Source: Mariprofundus sp.
Lineage (GTDB): Bacteria; Pseudomonadota; Zetaproteobacteria; Mariprofundales; Mariprofundaceae
DNA length: 47,931 nucleotides
Assembly: GCA_027019785.1 (NCBI GenBank)
Contig: JALUWF010000072.1
Location: 1-47,931, forward strand
Direction of reading: 5' to 3'
Below, piece by piece: positions 9,197 to 18,621 of the stretch. Position numbers and translations under genes: made by a program. A model generated the notes under the pieces. It did not search any database, was not told where the DNA came from, and worked only from the letters and a program-made list of their open reading frames with translations. Position 1 is the stretch's first letter. The number at the start of each line of letters is the position of its first letter.

Positions 9197-11414
9197 TTTC
9201 ATTCCCCCGTCCTACTCGTTGACCAAGCGACTGTATGTGGCACTGACGTTCACCGCCGCCCTGGTGTTTACAGTATTCTTTGTGAGTGCCTGGTGGACCG
9301 AAAGCCGTTCGCTGGAAACGATGCTGCAACAAAACGGGCGTTCGCTGTCTGCCGGATTAGAGCAAAGTATCAGCCTTGGCTTGCAATTGGGAGATGTGGA
9401 CTTTATACGCGATGGTGCAGCCAATGTGGCAAACATTCCTAATGTTTTATCCATCGATATCTATGATTCAGAGGGAAACAGGCTGGTTCTGCTTGGTGGT
9501 AAACATGCATTGCTATCACAAGCCTATCTTGGCAAGGCGAAACACGGCGGTGTGATATTTGAGACACTTAACCGGGGGCGCCTGGAGCGCGCCATTTCGG
9601 TCATTCATGCCAAGCATGGAGAATTCGTCGGTTACAGTGTGCTTGATCTGTCACGAGCCGGAGTGAATAAGTCCGTCAATTCGGCATTGAAAACGTCGGG
9701 TCTGAGCAGTGTGGTATTGCTGTTGTTATTCTGGTGGCTGATGAGTGTGGCTATCAGGCGATTGAAACAACCACTGGATGAACTGGATCATGCGGTGGAA
9801 TCTGTTACGCATGGCCAACTCAATGTTACGGTAGACGCGGCCATTCCTGATCCGTTGGGTAGAATAGCCAGGGGCTTTAACCGAATGACGCAAGCCCTTG
9901 CCAAAGAGGAGGAGTCCCTACGGCTGCAGAGCAAGGCTCTGGAAGCATCAGAGCGGCGTTTCAGAGAGCTGTTTACGCACCTGCCTGTGGCTATGTATAT
10001 CGCTGAAATGGATGGTAAATTGCTTCAATGCAACCCGACCATGGCAAAACTGTTCGGATACGAATCCAGTGCAGAGATGCTCAAGCGTGTCAAAAGTATG
10101 ACGGAACTCTATGCAACTCCGGAACACAGAGATGTATTGGTTGCAGAGTTGATTCTTTCCCGGAATATTATCGGTCGAGAAGTTAAACTGGTCTCAAAAC
10201 AAGGGATGGAAATTAACGGGGTGCTTCATTCCCGACTGGTTGTTGATGAAGACGGGAAGCTTGGCGGTGTTGAAGGCATGATTCAGGATATGACTGAATT
10301 CAGGCAATTAGAGAGCAATCTGTTACAGGCTCAGAAAATGGAAGTGGTCGGACAACTTGCAGGCGGCGTGGCACATGATTTTAACAACCTGCTGTCGGTC
10401 ATGCTCGGAAACACTGAGCTGCTTGCTGCGCAAGTAGCAGGTGACAGTAAAGCCTGTCATTATGCAAAACGCATCAGGCAGGCGGGTAAACGCGCGACTG
10501 AGTTGACAGGTAACCTGCTTGGTTTTTCCCGCAAGGGCGATATGCGGCATGAGCCTGTGGTGGTGCCCGCACTGCTGGAGGAAGTCATCGGTCTGATGAG
10601 GGAAACCGGAGATCGCCGTGTAAAGATCACGTTGAATGTCAGCGCTGACAATTTGCAAATCATTGGTGATCCGGGGCAATTGCATCAGGTGTTTATGAAT
10701 CTGGCCGTGAATGCCATGCATGCGATGCCGGATGGTGGAGATTTGGTATTTGATGTGGCATCGAAACTGAATGTGGTATTGATCCGTGTGAAAGATACCG
10801 GCATAGGTATGACTAAAAAGACCATGAACCGTATGTTTGAACCGTTCTTTACAACGAGGGAAACAGGCAAGGGAACGGGACTTGGATTATCCATGGTATA
10901 CGGCATTATCGAAAAAATGGGCGGTAACATTGTGGTTGAGTCCGAACCGGGTCAAGGGACTACTTTTGAAATAACGCTTCCATTGCTGCATGTGGAAGGC
11001 GCATCTGCAGATCATAAAAATACGGTTGAGGTGAAGAAAGTTACGACAGAGGGCCATGTACTACTGGTTGATGATGAGCCATTATTACGGGAAGTTGGAG
11101 AGGAGATTCTGAGCGATTTCGGGTTTGATGTGACAACTGCGGCAAGCGGTGAGGAGGCGTTGGCAATATTGTCTGGCAATGCAGTACATGTAGATATTGT
11201 ACTACTGGATTTGAATATGCCGGGGCTCGGTGGCGTAGAAACACTGCGGACAATCAGGCGTAATGATGAGAACATGAAGGTCATAGTATTGAGCGGTTAT
11301 AGTGAAACAACACTGGAGTCAGGCAGTTGTGATCTGCGTTACGATGGTTTTATCACCAAACCTTACCAGTTCAGCAAATTATGTGGTGAGGTATCGCGTG
11401 TTCTGGAATCGTAA
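9189..11414 (+). CDS. Hybrid sensor histidine kinase (TM, HAMP, PAS, HisKA, HATPase, REC)
   Basis: LAGGVAHDFNN, QVFMNLAVNA, DTGIGM, GKGTGLGL; receiver LVDDE...LLDLNMP...TKPY. Confidence 0.93.
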   Translation: MSDFIPPSYSLTKRLYVALTFTAALVFTVFFVSAWWTESRSLETMLQQNGRSLSAGLEQSISLGLQLGDVDFIRDGAANVANIPNVLSIDIYDSEGNRLVLLGGKHALLSQAYLGKAKHGGVIFETLNRGRLERAISVIHAKHGEFVGYSVLDLSRAGVNKSVNSALKTSGLSSVVLLLLFWWLMSVAIRRLKQPLDELDHAVESVTHGQLNVTVDAAIPDPLGRIARGFNRMTQALAKEEESLRLQSKALEASERRFRELFTHLPVAMYIAEMDGKLLQCNPTMAKLFGYESSAEMLKRVKSMTELYATPEHRDVLVAELILSRNIIGREVKLVSKQGMEINGVLHSRLVVDEDGKLGGVEGMIQDMTEFRQLESNLLQAQKMEVVGQLAGGVAHDFNNLLSVMLGNTELLAAQVAGDSKACHYAKRIRQAGKRATELTGNLLGFSRKGDMRHEPVVVPALLEEVIGLMRETGDRRVKITLNVSADNLQIIGDPGQLHQVFMNLAVNAMHAMPDGGDLVFDVASKLNVVLIRVKDTGIGMTKKTMNRMFEPFFTTRETGKGTGLGLSMVYGIIEKMGGNIVVESEPGQGTTFEITLPLLHVEGASADHKNTVEVKKVTTEGHVLLVDDEPLLREVGEEILSDFGFDVTTAASGEEALAILSGNAVHVDIVLLDLNMPGLGGVETLRTIRRNDENMKVIVLSGYSETTLESGSCDLRYDGFITKPYQFSKLCGEVSRVLES

Positions 11415-11495
11415 CGAATGCATCATCTTGCAAGTTCCCGTCCCATCAATGCTGTTTAATGCGATTGTCCTGCAGAAAGTTGCGAATCTGCAGCA

Positions 11496-11513
11496 TTGCC
11501 CCCCCCCGCAAGT
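11496..11513. repeat. 18-bp direct repeat TTGCCCCCCCCCGCAAGT, copy 2
   Basis: Identical to 864-881. Confidence 0.8.
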
Positions 11514-11628
11514 ATGGAGCAGATTCAGTTGTTGGACGAAGCCGCTATCGCGGAGAATGGATACGTTTTATTTTGAACAATGTAGCGTAGACCGAAAGTA
11601 TATCCGTGTACATTACTCTACATCCCTC

Positions 11629-11829
11629 ACAGGAGGATAAGCCCTTGCCCTTATTCGCGTTCATTCGCGGTTCGCCCTTGACCTTGCTCTGTTCTTTCTC
11701 ATACAATCCAAACCTTTAAGCGAACCGCGAATACCCCAGGGCACCCTCTCTGTCGCAAGCGACATTCACCTTGTGGACGCGAATAGACGCGAATTAAATC
11801 AAAATCCTGAACCAAAAAAAGATATTTTC
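11629..11829. repeat. Repeat element B: inverted copy of element A with a 42-bp insert
   Basis: Matches the reverse complement of 6190-6348 apart from a few substitutions, unit-number changes and an insert at 11735-11776. Confidence 0.9.
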
Positions 11830-11932
11830 GTGCGGCCGAGCAAGGTCGTTTATTCTGGTGGGTGAGATTCCCGCTCTGGTAAGGATTAGGCATCTACCAG
11901 GAAGTGAACCTTGGGTCGGCGGAAGAGATTCC
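11830..11932 (+). mobile_element. Truncated 5' end (part of domain I) of a group II intron
   Basis: Begins GTGCG, then hairpins CGGCC/GGTCG, GGTGGG-TGAGATT-CCCGCT, CTGGTA/TACCAG and GGAA-GAGA-TTCC, in the order typical of bacterial group II intron domain I. No RT ORF or domain V follows. Confidence 0.7.
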
Positions 11933-12091
11933 AAAGATTAAGCTGCGATTGCGATTATATAAAGACTATCGGCTTACAGCCGTAGGTCTGGAAAAAATCG
12001 GCGAATACTAATGAGTTGATTTTATGCCGAATGTCCAGATTTCTGATTCACTTTATTTATGTTGGCGTCAGTAGCATGTAGTGTTCGCACT

Positions 12092-12697
12092 ATGTTTACC
12101 GGAATCATACAGGATGTTGGCGCCATCCGGGCGATTCAGCCCGAAACCGACCAGACCCACATGATCTTCTCAACCGCGTTACCGATGCAGGATTGGCATT
12201 TGGGCGATTCGGTGGCCTGCAACGGCTGCTGCCTGACCATCACCGAATTTGCAGCGCCCGATGCGTTTGCAGCGACGTTGTCGCCGGAGACGCTGAAGCT
12301 GACCACGTTCGCTGAAGCGGCGGTGGGTGATGCTGTGAATCTGGAGCCGGCGCTGCGCATGGGCGATGCGCTGGGTGGACACATGGTCACCGGCCATGTG
12401 GACGGCGTTGGCACGCTGAAATCGGTGCAGGCGATTGGCGAGCATCGTGTTCTGACATGTCATATTGCCGATGCGCTGGCTCGCTATGTGGTGGTCAAGG
12501 GCTCTGTGACAATCAATGGCGTCAGCCTGACCGTAAATGATATCGGCAGGAATGACTTTACCGTCAACCTGATTCCCCATACCTTGTCGCACACCAATCT
12601 GGGCGCGCTGCAAACAGGCGCAGAAGTGAATATTGAAACTGATATGTACGGTCGTTATGTCGAGCGGCTGATGCAATTCCCAACGGAGCAACCATGA
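12092..12697 (+). CDS. ribE: Riboflavin synthase alpha chain
   Basis: MFTGII start, GDSVACNGCCLT, VNLEPAL, GGHMVTGHVDG. Confidence 0.97.
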   Translation: MFTGIIQDVGAIRAIQPETDQTHMIFSTALPMQDWHLGDSVACNGCCLTITEFAAPDAFAATLSPETLKLTTFAEAAVGDAVNLEPALRMGDALGGHMVTGHVDGVGTLKSVQAIGEHRVLTCHIADALARYVVVKGSVTINGVSLTVNDIGRNDFTVNLIPHTLSHTNLGALQTGAEVNIETDMYGRYVERLMQFPTEQP

Positions 12698-13941
12698 GTC
12701 TGGCAACTACCGAAGAACTGATAGAAGAACTACGCGCCGGACGCATGATTATTCTGGCCGACGATGAGGATCGCGAAAACGAAGGCGATCTGATTATGGC
12801 GGCCGAGTGGGTGACGCCGGAAGCGATCAATTTCATGGCGACGCACGGGCGCGGTCTGGTCTGTCTGGCCATGACGCAGGCGCAGACCGATCAGTTGCAA
12901 CTGCCGTTGATGGTGGCCAATACCAATGCCAAGTTCAAAACCAATTTTACCATTTCTATCGAAGCGGCCGAGGGCGTGACTACCGGCATCTCCGCTTATG
13001 ATCGTGCGCACACGGTGCGAACAGCGATTCAGGCTGATGTGCAGCCCTCCGATATTCATACGCCAGGTCACGTGTTTCCGCTGGTCGGGCGTGAAGGCGG
13101 TCTGCTGGTACGTGCCGGGCATACCGAGGCGAGCATCGATCTGGCGCGGTTGGCCGGACTGAATCCGGCTGGCGTAATCTGTGAGATTATGAATGAAGAT
13201 GGCACCATGGCACGCATGCCGGAGCTGAAAAAGTTCGCTAAAAAGCATCAGTTAAAAGTCGGTACGATTGCCGATGTGATTCGTCACCGCCTGCAGCACG
13301 ATTCACTGGTTAAACGCGAGGTAGAAGTGCGCATGCCGACAGAATTCGGCGAATTTCGCATGATCGGTTACACCAATGCGGTGGATCAGGCCGAGCATGT
13401 GGCGCTGGTGATGGGGCAGCCGGAGGCGGAGCGGCCATGTTTGGTGCGGGTGCATTCTGAATGCCTGACCGGCGATGTGTTTACCTCGCGTCGCTGCGAT
13501 TGCGGATCGCAACTGCATGCGGCCATGCGGCAGGTGGCTGATGCCGAGGAGGGCGTGATTCTCTATCTGCGTCAGGAGGGGCGCGGCATCGGCCTGCTCA
13601 ATAAACTCAAGGCGTATAATTTGCAGGATGCCGGCCACGATACGGTGGAGGCCAATGAAAAGCTGGGCTTCAAACCGGACCTGCGCGATTATGGAATCGG
13701 GGCGCAGATTCTGCGGGATCTTGGCTTGCGCCGCTTGAAACTGTTGACCAATAACCCGAAAAAAATTATCGCGCTGGATGGATATGGGCTGGAAGTCAGC
13801 GAGCGCGTACAACTGCAAGTGAGTGCTCATGCCGATAATATCGCCTATTTGACCACCAAACGGGACAAAATGGGCCATATGCTGCGCATGGATAGCGACA
13901 GCGCTGTTGCATCGCAAAAAACCAAAGGGGAACCGTCATGA
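12694..13941 (+). CDS. ribBA: Bifunctional DHBP synthase / GTP cyclohydrolase II
   Basis: DDEDRENEGD, RAGHTEA, VRVHSECLTGD, CDCG, RQEGRGIGL. Confidence 0.97.
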   Translation: MSLATTEELIEELRAGRMIILADDEDRENEGDLIMAAEWVTPEAINFMATHGRGLVCLAMTQAQTDQLQLPLMVANTNAKFKTNFTISIEAAEGVTTGISAYDRAHTVRTAIQADVQPSDIHTPGHVFPLVGREGGLLVRAGHTEASIDLARLAGLNPAGVICEIMNEDGTMARMPELKKFAKKHQLKVGTIADVIRHRLQHDSLVKREVEVRMPTEFGEFRMIGYTNAVDQAEHVALVMGQPEAERPCLVRVHSECLTGDVFTSRRCDCGSQLHAAMRQVADAEEGVILYLRQEGRGIGLLNKLKAYNLQDAGHDTVEANEKLGFKPDLRDYGIGAQILRDLGLRRLKLLTNNPKKIIALDGYGLEVSERVQLQVSAHADNIAYLTTKRDKMGHMLRMDSDSAVASQKTKGEPS

Positions 13942-14417
13942 GTTTGGATGCGCCGCACTTGAGTGGTCATGTTGATGCCGCCGGTCTGAGCATCGGCATT
14001 GTTGTCAGCCGTTTTAACGGGGATATCACCGGAGGGCTGCTGGATGGCGCAGTATCCGCCCTTAAAGAACATGGTAGTTGCGATGAGAATCTCACTATTG
14101 TGCATGTGCCCGGCGCATTCGAGATTGGAACGATTGCGGCCAACATGGCGCAGTCAGGGCGTTTTGGCGCCATTGTCTGTCTGGGTTGCGTGATTCGCGG
14201 CGATACGGCGCATTTTGATTATGTCTGTCAGGGCGCCATGGATGCGATTGGCAGGGTTGCCCAGCGCGGCGATGTGGGAGTTGGCAATGGCGTGCTGACA
14301 CTGGATACGCATGAACAGGCAGTGGCACGTGTGGGCGGCGCACATGGGCACAAAGGTGAAGAAGCAGCACTTACTGCGGTGGAAGTTGCGCAACAGTTGA
14401 AGGCTCTGGAGGTTTAA
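13938..14417 (+). CDS. ribH: 6,7-dimethyl-8-ribityllumazine synthase
   Basis: IVVSRFN, VPGAFEI, GCVIRGDTAHFDYV. Confidence 0.97.
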   Translation: MSLDAPHLSGHVDAAGLSIGIVVSRFNGDITGGLLDGAVSALKEHGSCDENLTIVHVPGAFEIGTIAANMAQSGRFGAIVCLGCVIRGDTAHFDYVCQGAMDAIGRVAQRGDVGVGNGVLTLDTHEQAVARVGGAHGHKGEEAALTAVEVAQQLKALEV

Positions 14418-14851
14418 TGGCGAATCGTCACATGGCGCGGGAATCAGCGCTGGAAACACTATATGCATGGGGCTCGGCGGATCAGGATGGCGGCATGATC
14501 CCCGATCTGCTGGCCAGTCGATTGCAGCATGAAGAGCGCGATGAACAGGATGAAAATTATCTGCGCGACGCAGTATATGGTGTCACGGATCATGTTGATG
14601 CGCTGGATGAGGTGATCAAAACGGCAGTGAGAGGGCGCAGTCTGCGCTCTGTAGCACAGCTTGAGATCAATGTGATCCGGCTGGCTGTGTGGGAGATGCA
14701 GAATCGGCTTGAGATACCCTATCGCGTCATCATCAATGAAGCACTGGAATTGACCCGCGACTATGCCGGCGAAGCACCGCGCGGTTTTATCAATGGTGTG
14801 CTGGATAATCTGGCCAGGCAGTTGCGCCAGTCAGAAACAGCGGCCAGGTGA
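14417..14851 (+). CDS. nusB: Transcription antitermination factor NusB
   Basis: RHMARE, VIINEALEL, FINGVLD; follows ribH. Confidence 0.95.
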   Translation: MANRHMARESALETLYAWGSADQDGGMIPDLLASRLQHEERDEQDENYLRDAVYGVTDHVDALDEVIKTAVRGRSLRSVAQLEINVIRLAVWEMQNRLEIPYRVIINEALELTRDYAGEAPRGFINGVLDNLARQLRQSETAAR

Positions 14852-14890
14852 AGGTCGTGCGTCAAATTATTACAGGATTGGAGAGCGGCA

Positions 14891-15187
14891 ATGAGCGGTA
14901 GCAATAAGCAGCCTGATGAAAAACTGACATGGAAGCCGGGCAAACGGGATCTGCTGTTTCTGGCGATCGTCGCAGCGGTTGTGCTGATACTGACACTGGG
15001 TTCCAGCGATCGTACAACAAAACCGGTGCCGGATGATGCCATCCATCGCACCGTCAGTAGCAGGGCTGCCTGCATGGTATGTCATGGCAAGGGCGGTGTT
15101 CATCCACAGCCCAAGGGGCATGTCCGGAGTGGGCAGTGCTTCCAGTGCCATCTGCAGCCGAAAGGGTGGAGGGGCTCAGTTAAGTGA
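14891..15187 (+). CDS. Small membrane-anchored di-heme c-type cytochrome
   Basis: N-terminal TM helix, CMVCH and CFQCH, extra His residues as candidate axial ligands. Confidence 0.8.
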   Translation: MSGSNKQPDEKLTWKPGKRDLLFLAIVAAVVLILTLGSSDRTTKPVPDDAIHRTVSSRAACMVCHGKGGVHPQPKGHVRSGQCFQCHLQPKGWRGSVK

Positions 15188-16056
15188 ATCGCATTGGCAT
15201 CAGTCTGAAGCCGAATGATGCACGGGCCTGTGCACTGTTGCATGAATTACACGACTGGCTGGTACAACGCGGATGTTCTGTTTACGTCGATCAAAGTCTG
15301 GGTAGTGAAGTCAGTTGCACAGTCGCATGCGAGCGAGTGCTGTTGGCCGATATGGCACGGACAGTGGATTTGATGATCGTGCTTGGCGGTGATGGCACCC
15401 TGCTGCGAGTGGCGCGCCATTTTATCAACTCCGATCGGCCGATTGTCGGTATCAACCTGGGTCGTCTGGGTTTTCTTACCGATACGCCCATCGGCAGTAT
15501 GTTTGAAGTGATTGATGATATTTTGTTGGGTAACCTCAAGACAATCCGTCATTTTTCTCTGCATGCCGAGGTGTGGCGCGGTGCTCGCAAACTGGTTGAA
15601 GGTAGTGCCATGAATGATGTTGTGCTGGAGCGCAGCGCAGTACCGCGCATGATTGCTTTCGAGATGGCGGTAGAGGGGCAGTTTGTATTCCGTATGCGTG
15701 GCGATGCACTGATTCTGGCCACGCCGGCCGGTTCCACCGCATACGCTCTGTCCGCCGGCGGCCCGATTGTGCATCCGGCGGTGAATGCCATCAGCGTGGT
15801 TCCGGTCTGTCCGCATACCCTCTCCAACCGTCCGATTGTGATATCTGCGGATAATGCGGTGGAGTTGAATCTGGTCGAGTCGCTACACGGAGCTGCAGTC
15901 AATCTGGATGGCGAAGAGCTGTTGCAACTGCAGCAGGGCGATCATGTACGGATTCACAAGGGCGGTTCAATCTCGCTGGTGTATGAGCCGGACAGACATT
16001 ATTTTGAAGTGTTGCGCAGCAAACTGCACTGGGCGGGCCAGCTTGAGGTGGATTAA
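15184..16056 (+). CDS. nadK: NAD(+) kinase
   Basis: LGGDGT, GINLGRLGFL, MND, ATPAGSTAYALSAGGP. Confidence 0.96.
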   Translation: MNRIGISLKPNDARACALLHELHDWLVQRGCSVYVDQSLGSEVSCTVACERVLLADMARTVDLMIVLGGDGTLLRVARHFINSDRPIVGINLGRLGFLTDTPIGSMFEVIDDILLGNLKTIRHFSLHAEVWRGARKLVEGSAMNDVVLERSAVPRMIAFEMAVEGQFVFRMRGDALILATPAGSTAYALSAGGPIVHPAVNAISVVPVCPHTLSNRPIVISADNAVELNLVESLHGAAVNLDGEELLQLQQGDHVRIHKGGSISLVYEPDRHYFEVLRSKLHWAGQLEVD

Positions 16057-16065
16057 GGAATAAAC

Positions 16066-17739
16066 ATGCTGACCTCGCTTACGGTTAAACAATTTGCATT
16101 GATTGAGCAGGTTCATCTTGATCTGGGTGCCGGCATGACGGTGTTTACGGGTGAGACCGGGGCGGGAAAATCGATGCTGGGTGGTGCGCTGGGTGCGGTG
16201 TTCGGGGCGCGGGCCAGTGCGGATTGGGTGCGGCATGGCGCCGATAAAGCGGAAGTGACGGCGGTTTGGGAAGGTGCTGACGCGCGGCTGAATGCACTGC
16301 TGGATGGCAACGATATCGATATGGAAGATGATGAGCTGCTGCTCAGGCGGATTATCACTGCAGAAGGGCGTTCGCGCGCTTATGTCAACGGCGTTCCGGT
16401 GGCGCTGAAAACTCTGCAGAACATCGGCAATATCTGTCTGGATATGCACGGCCAGCATGAGCATCAGGCGCTGATGCAGGATGTGGTGCAGCAGCAGTTG
16501 CTGGATGCGCGCTTGCCGACAGCCCTGTTGCCACATGTGAAGGCTGTATTTGCCGAGTGGCGGCAGCTTCAATCCCGTTTGCAATCACTCCATAGCGAGC
16601 GCGGCGAAACCGAGCAGCAGGCGGCATGGATGCGTGAGGAACTGGCGCGGCTGGAAGCGCTGGAGATTGATGAAGGGCTTATCGATCGTTTGCAGGCCGA
16701 GGTGGATAGCGGGCGTCATCATGCCCAGATTCAACAGGCGGCGGGCGAGGCGCTGGTTTTACTGGATGAGGCGGAGCCGTCGGTGCGTGATATGATTGCC
16801 AGAGCAGGGCATGCCGTGGCCGGTGTTGAAGATTTTCATGACGGACTGCGTCGTAGCCGTGACATGATTGATCAGATGGATGCGCTACTGGGAGAAGTGA
16901 CGCCGGAATTGCGCAGCGTGCTGGATGCGTCATTTGATGAAGCCGGTTTGTATCAGTCCGAGCAGCGTTTGATGAGCGTGCATGAGGCTATGCGCCGGCA
17001 CGATTGTGATGAAGCCGGGTTGATGATGCTGATAGATGAATGGCGGCAGCAGCTGGCGGCGCTGGATACGGCCGGCTGGGATGAGGCGTCTTTATTGCAG
17101 GCATTGAACCGGGCCGCCGATCAATACAAATCACAGGCTACGGCGCTGAGTGCTGAACGTGCGGCGCAAGGCGAGAAACTGGTTGCTCAGTTGCGCCCGT
17201 TTTTGGATCAACTGGCGCTGGGCGGCATGCAGGTGCGTTTTGATGTGCGGCCGGAGCATGATGAATCCGGTTGGTGTGCCGATGGCCGGGATACGATTGG
17301 TATTCAAATCATGTCCAATCCGGGCGAACCGTGGCGTGATCTGGCGGCAGTGGCTTCCGGCGGCGAACTATCGCGCCTGGTGTTGGCCTTCAAAGGCTGT
17401 GGGGCGTTAATCGACATGCCGAATCTGGCTGTGTTTGATGAAGTTGATACCGGCATTGGTGGTGAAACAGCATGGTGCGTGGGCGAACTGTTGGCGCGTA
17501 TGGGCAGAGATCGGCAGGTGCTGGTCATCTCTCATCTGCCGCAGGTAGCGGCATGCGCCGATCAGCAAGTAGTGATTAGCAAGGCGGAGAAAGACGGGCG
17601 CACGGTGACGGGGCTTACGCCGGTCGCTGATGATTCACGGCAAAGTGAAATCGCCCGCATGCTGGGCGGGGCAGGGGATCAATCATTGCAACATGCATCT
17701 GAGATGTTGCGGCGCGGGCAAGGTGCGATGTCGGCATGA
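16066..17739 (+). CDS. recN: DNA repair protein RecN
   Basis: TGETGAGKS, HGQHEHQ, ASGGELSR, FDEVDTGIGG, ISHLPQVA. Confidence 0.97.
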   Translation: MLTSLTVKQFALIEQVHLDLGAGMTVFTGETGAGKSMLGGALGAVFGARASADWVRHGADKAEVTAVWEGADARLNALLDGNDIDMEDDELLLRRIITAEGRSRAYVNGVPVALKTLQNIGNICLDMHGQHEHQALMQDVVQQQLLDARLPTALLPHVKAVFAEWRQLQSRLQSLHSERGETEQQAAWMREELARLEALEIDEGLIDRLQAEVDSGRHHAQIQQAAGEALVLLDEAEPSVRDMIARAGHAVAGVEDFHDGLRRSRDMIDQMDALLGEVTPELRSVLDASFDEAGLYQSEQRLMSVHEAMRRHDCDEAGLMMLIDEWRQQLAALDTAGWDEASLLQALNRAADQYKSQATALSAERAAQGEKLVAQLRPFLDQLALGGMQVRFDVRPEHDESGWCADGRDTIGIQIMSNPGEPWRDLAAVASGGELSRLVLAFKGCGALIDMPNLAVFDEVDTGIGGETAWCVGELLARMGRDRQVLVISHLPQVAACADQQVVISKAEKDGRTVTGLTPVADDSRQSEIARMLGGAGDQSLQHASEMLRRGQGAMSA

Positions 17740-18317
17740 ATTCCTCTATTCAGATTCGCAGCGCCACTGTAGATGATGTCGAAGAGGTCTATCAACTGCT
17801 GCTGCCCTATGCTGAAGACGATATTATTCTGCTGCGTGACCGCGATAATATTTTTCAGCATCTGCAGGAATTTCTGGTGGCCGAATTCGATGGTAAACTG
17901 GCAGGCACGGTGTGTGCGCATATCTATGCCGAGAATCTGGCCGAAGTGCGTTCGCTGGCGGTTGATCCGGTCTGTCAGCAGCATGGCGTCGGTCATTTGC
18001 TGGTTGAGGCTTGTGAAACGTGGTTATCGGGCCTTGGCGTCAGTAAAGTGTTTGCGCTTACTTATGTAACCGGTTTTTTTATCAAGCAGGGGTATTCCAT
18101 CGTGTCCAAGGAGAGCTTGCCGCATAAAATCTGGACGGTGTGCGTCCATTGCTCCCGCTTCGCCGATTGCGATGAAGTGGCGGTGGAGAAGGCGCTTGAA
18201 AACAAAACAGTCAAAATCGACTCTCGCAAAGAACGCCAAGACGCAAAGAAAGGCAAAACAACCGAAAGAAAAGCTATCAATGCGCCTGCCTATGTTGGTA
18301 ATCAACAGGTTAAGTGA
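17736..18317 (+). CDS. Short ArgA-like amino-acid N-acetyltransferase (GNAT) with repeat-derived C-terminal tail
   Basis: LAEVRSLAV, VFALTY, LPHKIWTVCVHC...CDEVA; the tail after ~18200 overlaps a repeat arm. Confidence 0.85.
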   Translation: MNSSIQIRSATVDDVEEVYQLLLPYAEDDIILLRDRDNIFQHLQEFLVAEFDGKLAGTVCAHIYAENLAEVRSLAVDPVCQQHGVGHLLVEACETWLSGLGVSKVFALTYVTGFFIKQGYSIVSKESLPHKIWTVCVHCSRFADCDEVAVEKALENKTVKIDSRKERQDAKKGKTTERKAINAPAYVGNQQVK

Positions 18318-18448
18318 TTATTTCAGCAAAGCAAACCTGGCCACGAATGACACGAATGAACACGAATGAAAAGACAAGATGCAGAAGGCAACCTGGGGTT
18401 GGGATATGGTTTTGATTTTCCTTTGCGTTCTTTGCGGCTTTGCGAGAG
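18221..18448. repeat. Composite triple-unit repeat locus C
   Basis: Inverted arms CTCTCGCAAAGAACGCCAAGACGCAAAG (18221-18248) and CTTTGCGTTCTTTGCGGCTTTGCGAGAG (18421-18448) enclose CCACGAATGACACGAATGAACACGAATGAA (18341-18370). Confidence 0.85.
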
Positions 18449-18564
18449 ATGCTTTTGATTTTGTTTGTAACAGTAATAAAACCATGACTTTTTCTGAGTA
18501 TGAAACCGGTCTAAAAACTTCTGTGCTCTGCCGACCTGCCCGGGGTTGAGGCAGTAGGGGGGGC

Positions 18565-18580
18565 TGGCATGTAAGTTGCT
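18565..18580 (+). promoter_or_regulatory. Sigma54 (-24/-12) promoter upstream of the MCP/chemotaxis locus
   Basis: TGGCAT-GTAAG-TTGCT fits TGGCAC-N5-TTGCW, about 40 bp upstream of the MCP start. Confidence 0.75.
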
Positions 18581-18621
18581 GTGATCGGGGAGTAATTGCA
18601 ATTTACCCTGTGGAGGCGGAA

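Noticed and set aside
11850-11995. FMN riboswitch upstream of the rib operon
   Set aside because: GGGTGAGATTCCC resembles one FMN stem, but the AGGGC, AGCCCG, GCCGAC and GGATGGGAG elements are missing; the GTGCG start and hairpin order fit a group II intron better.
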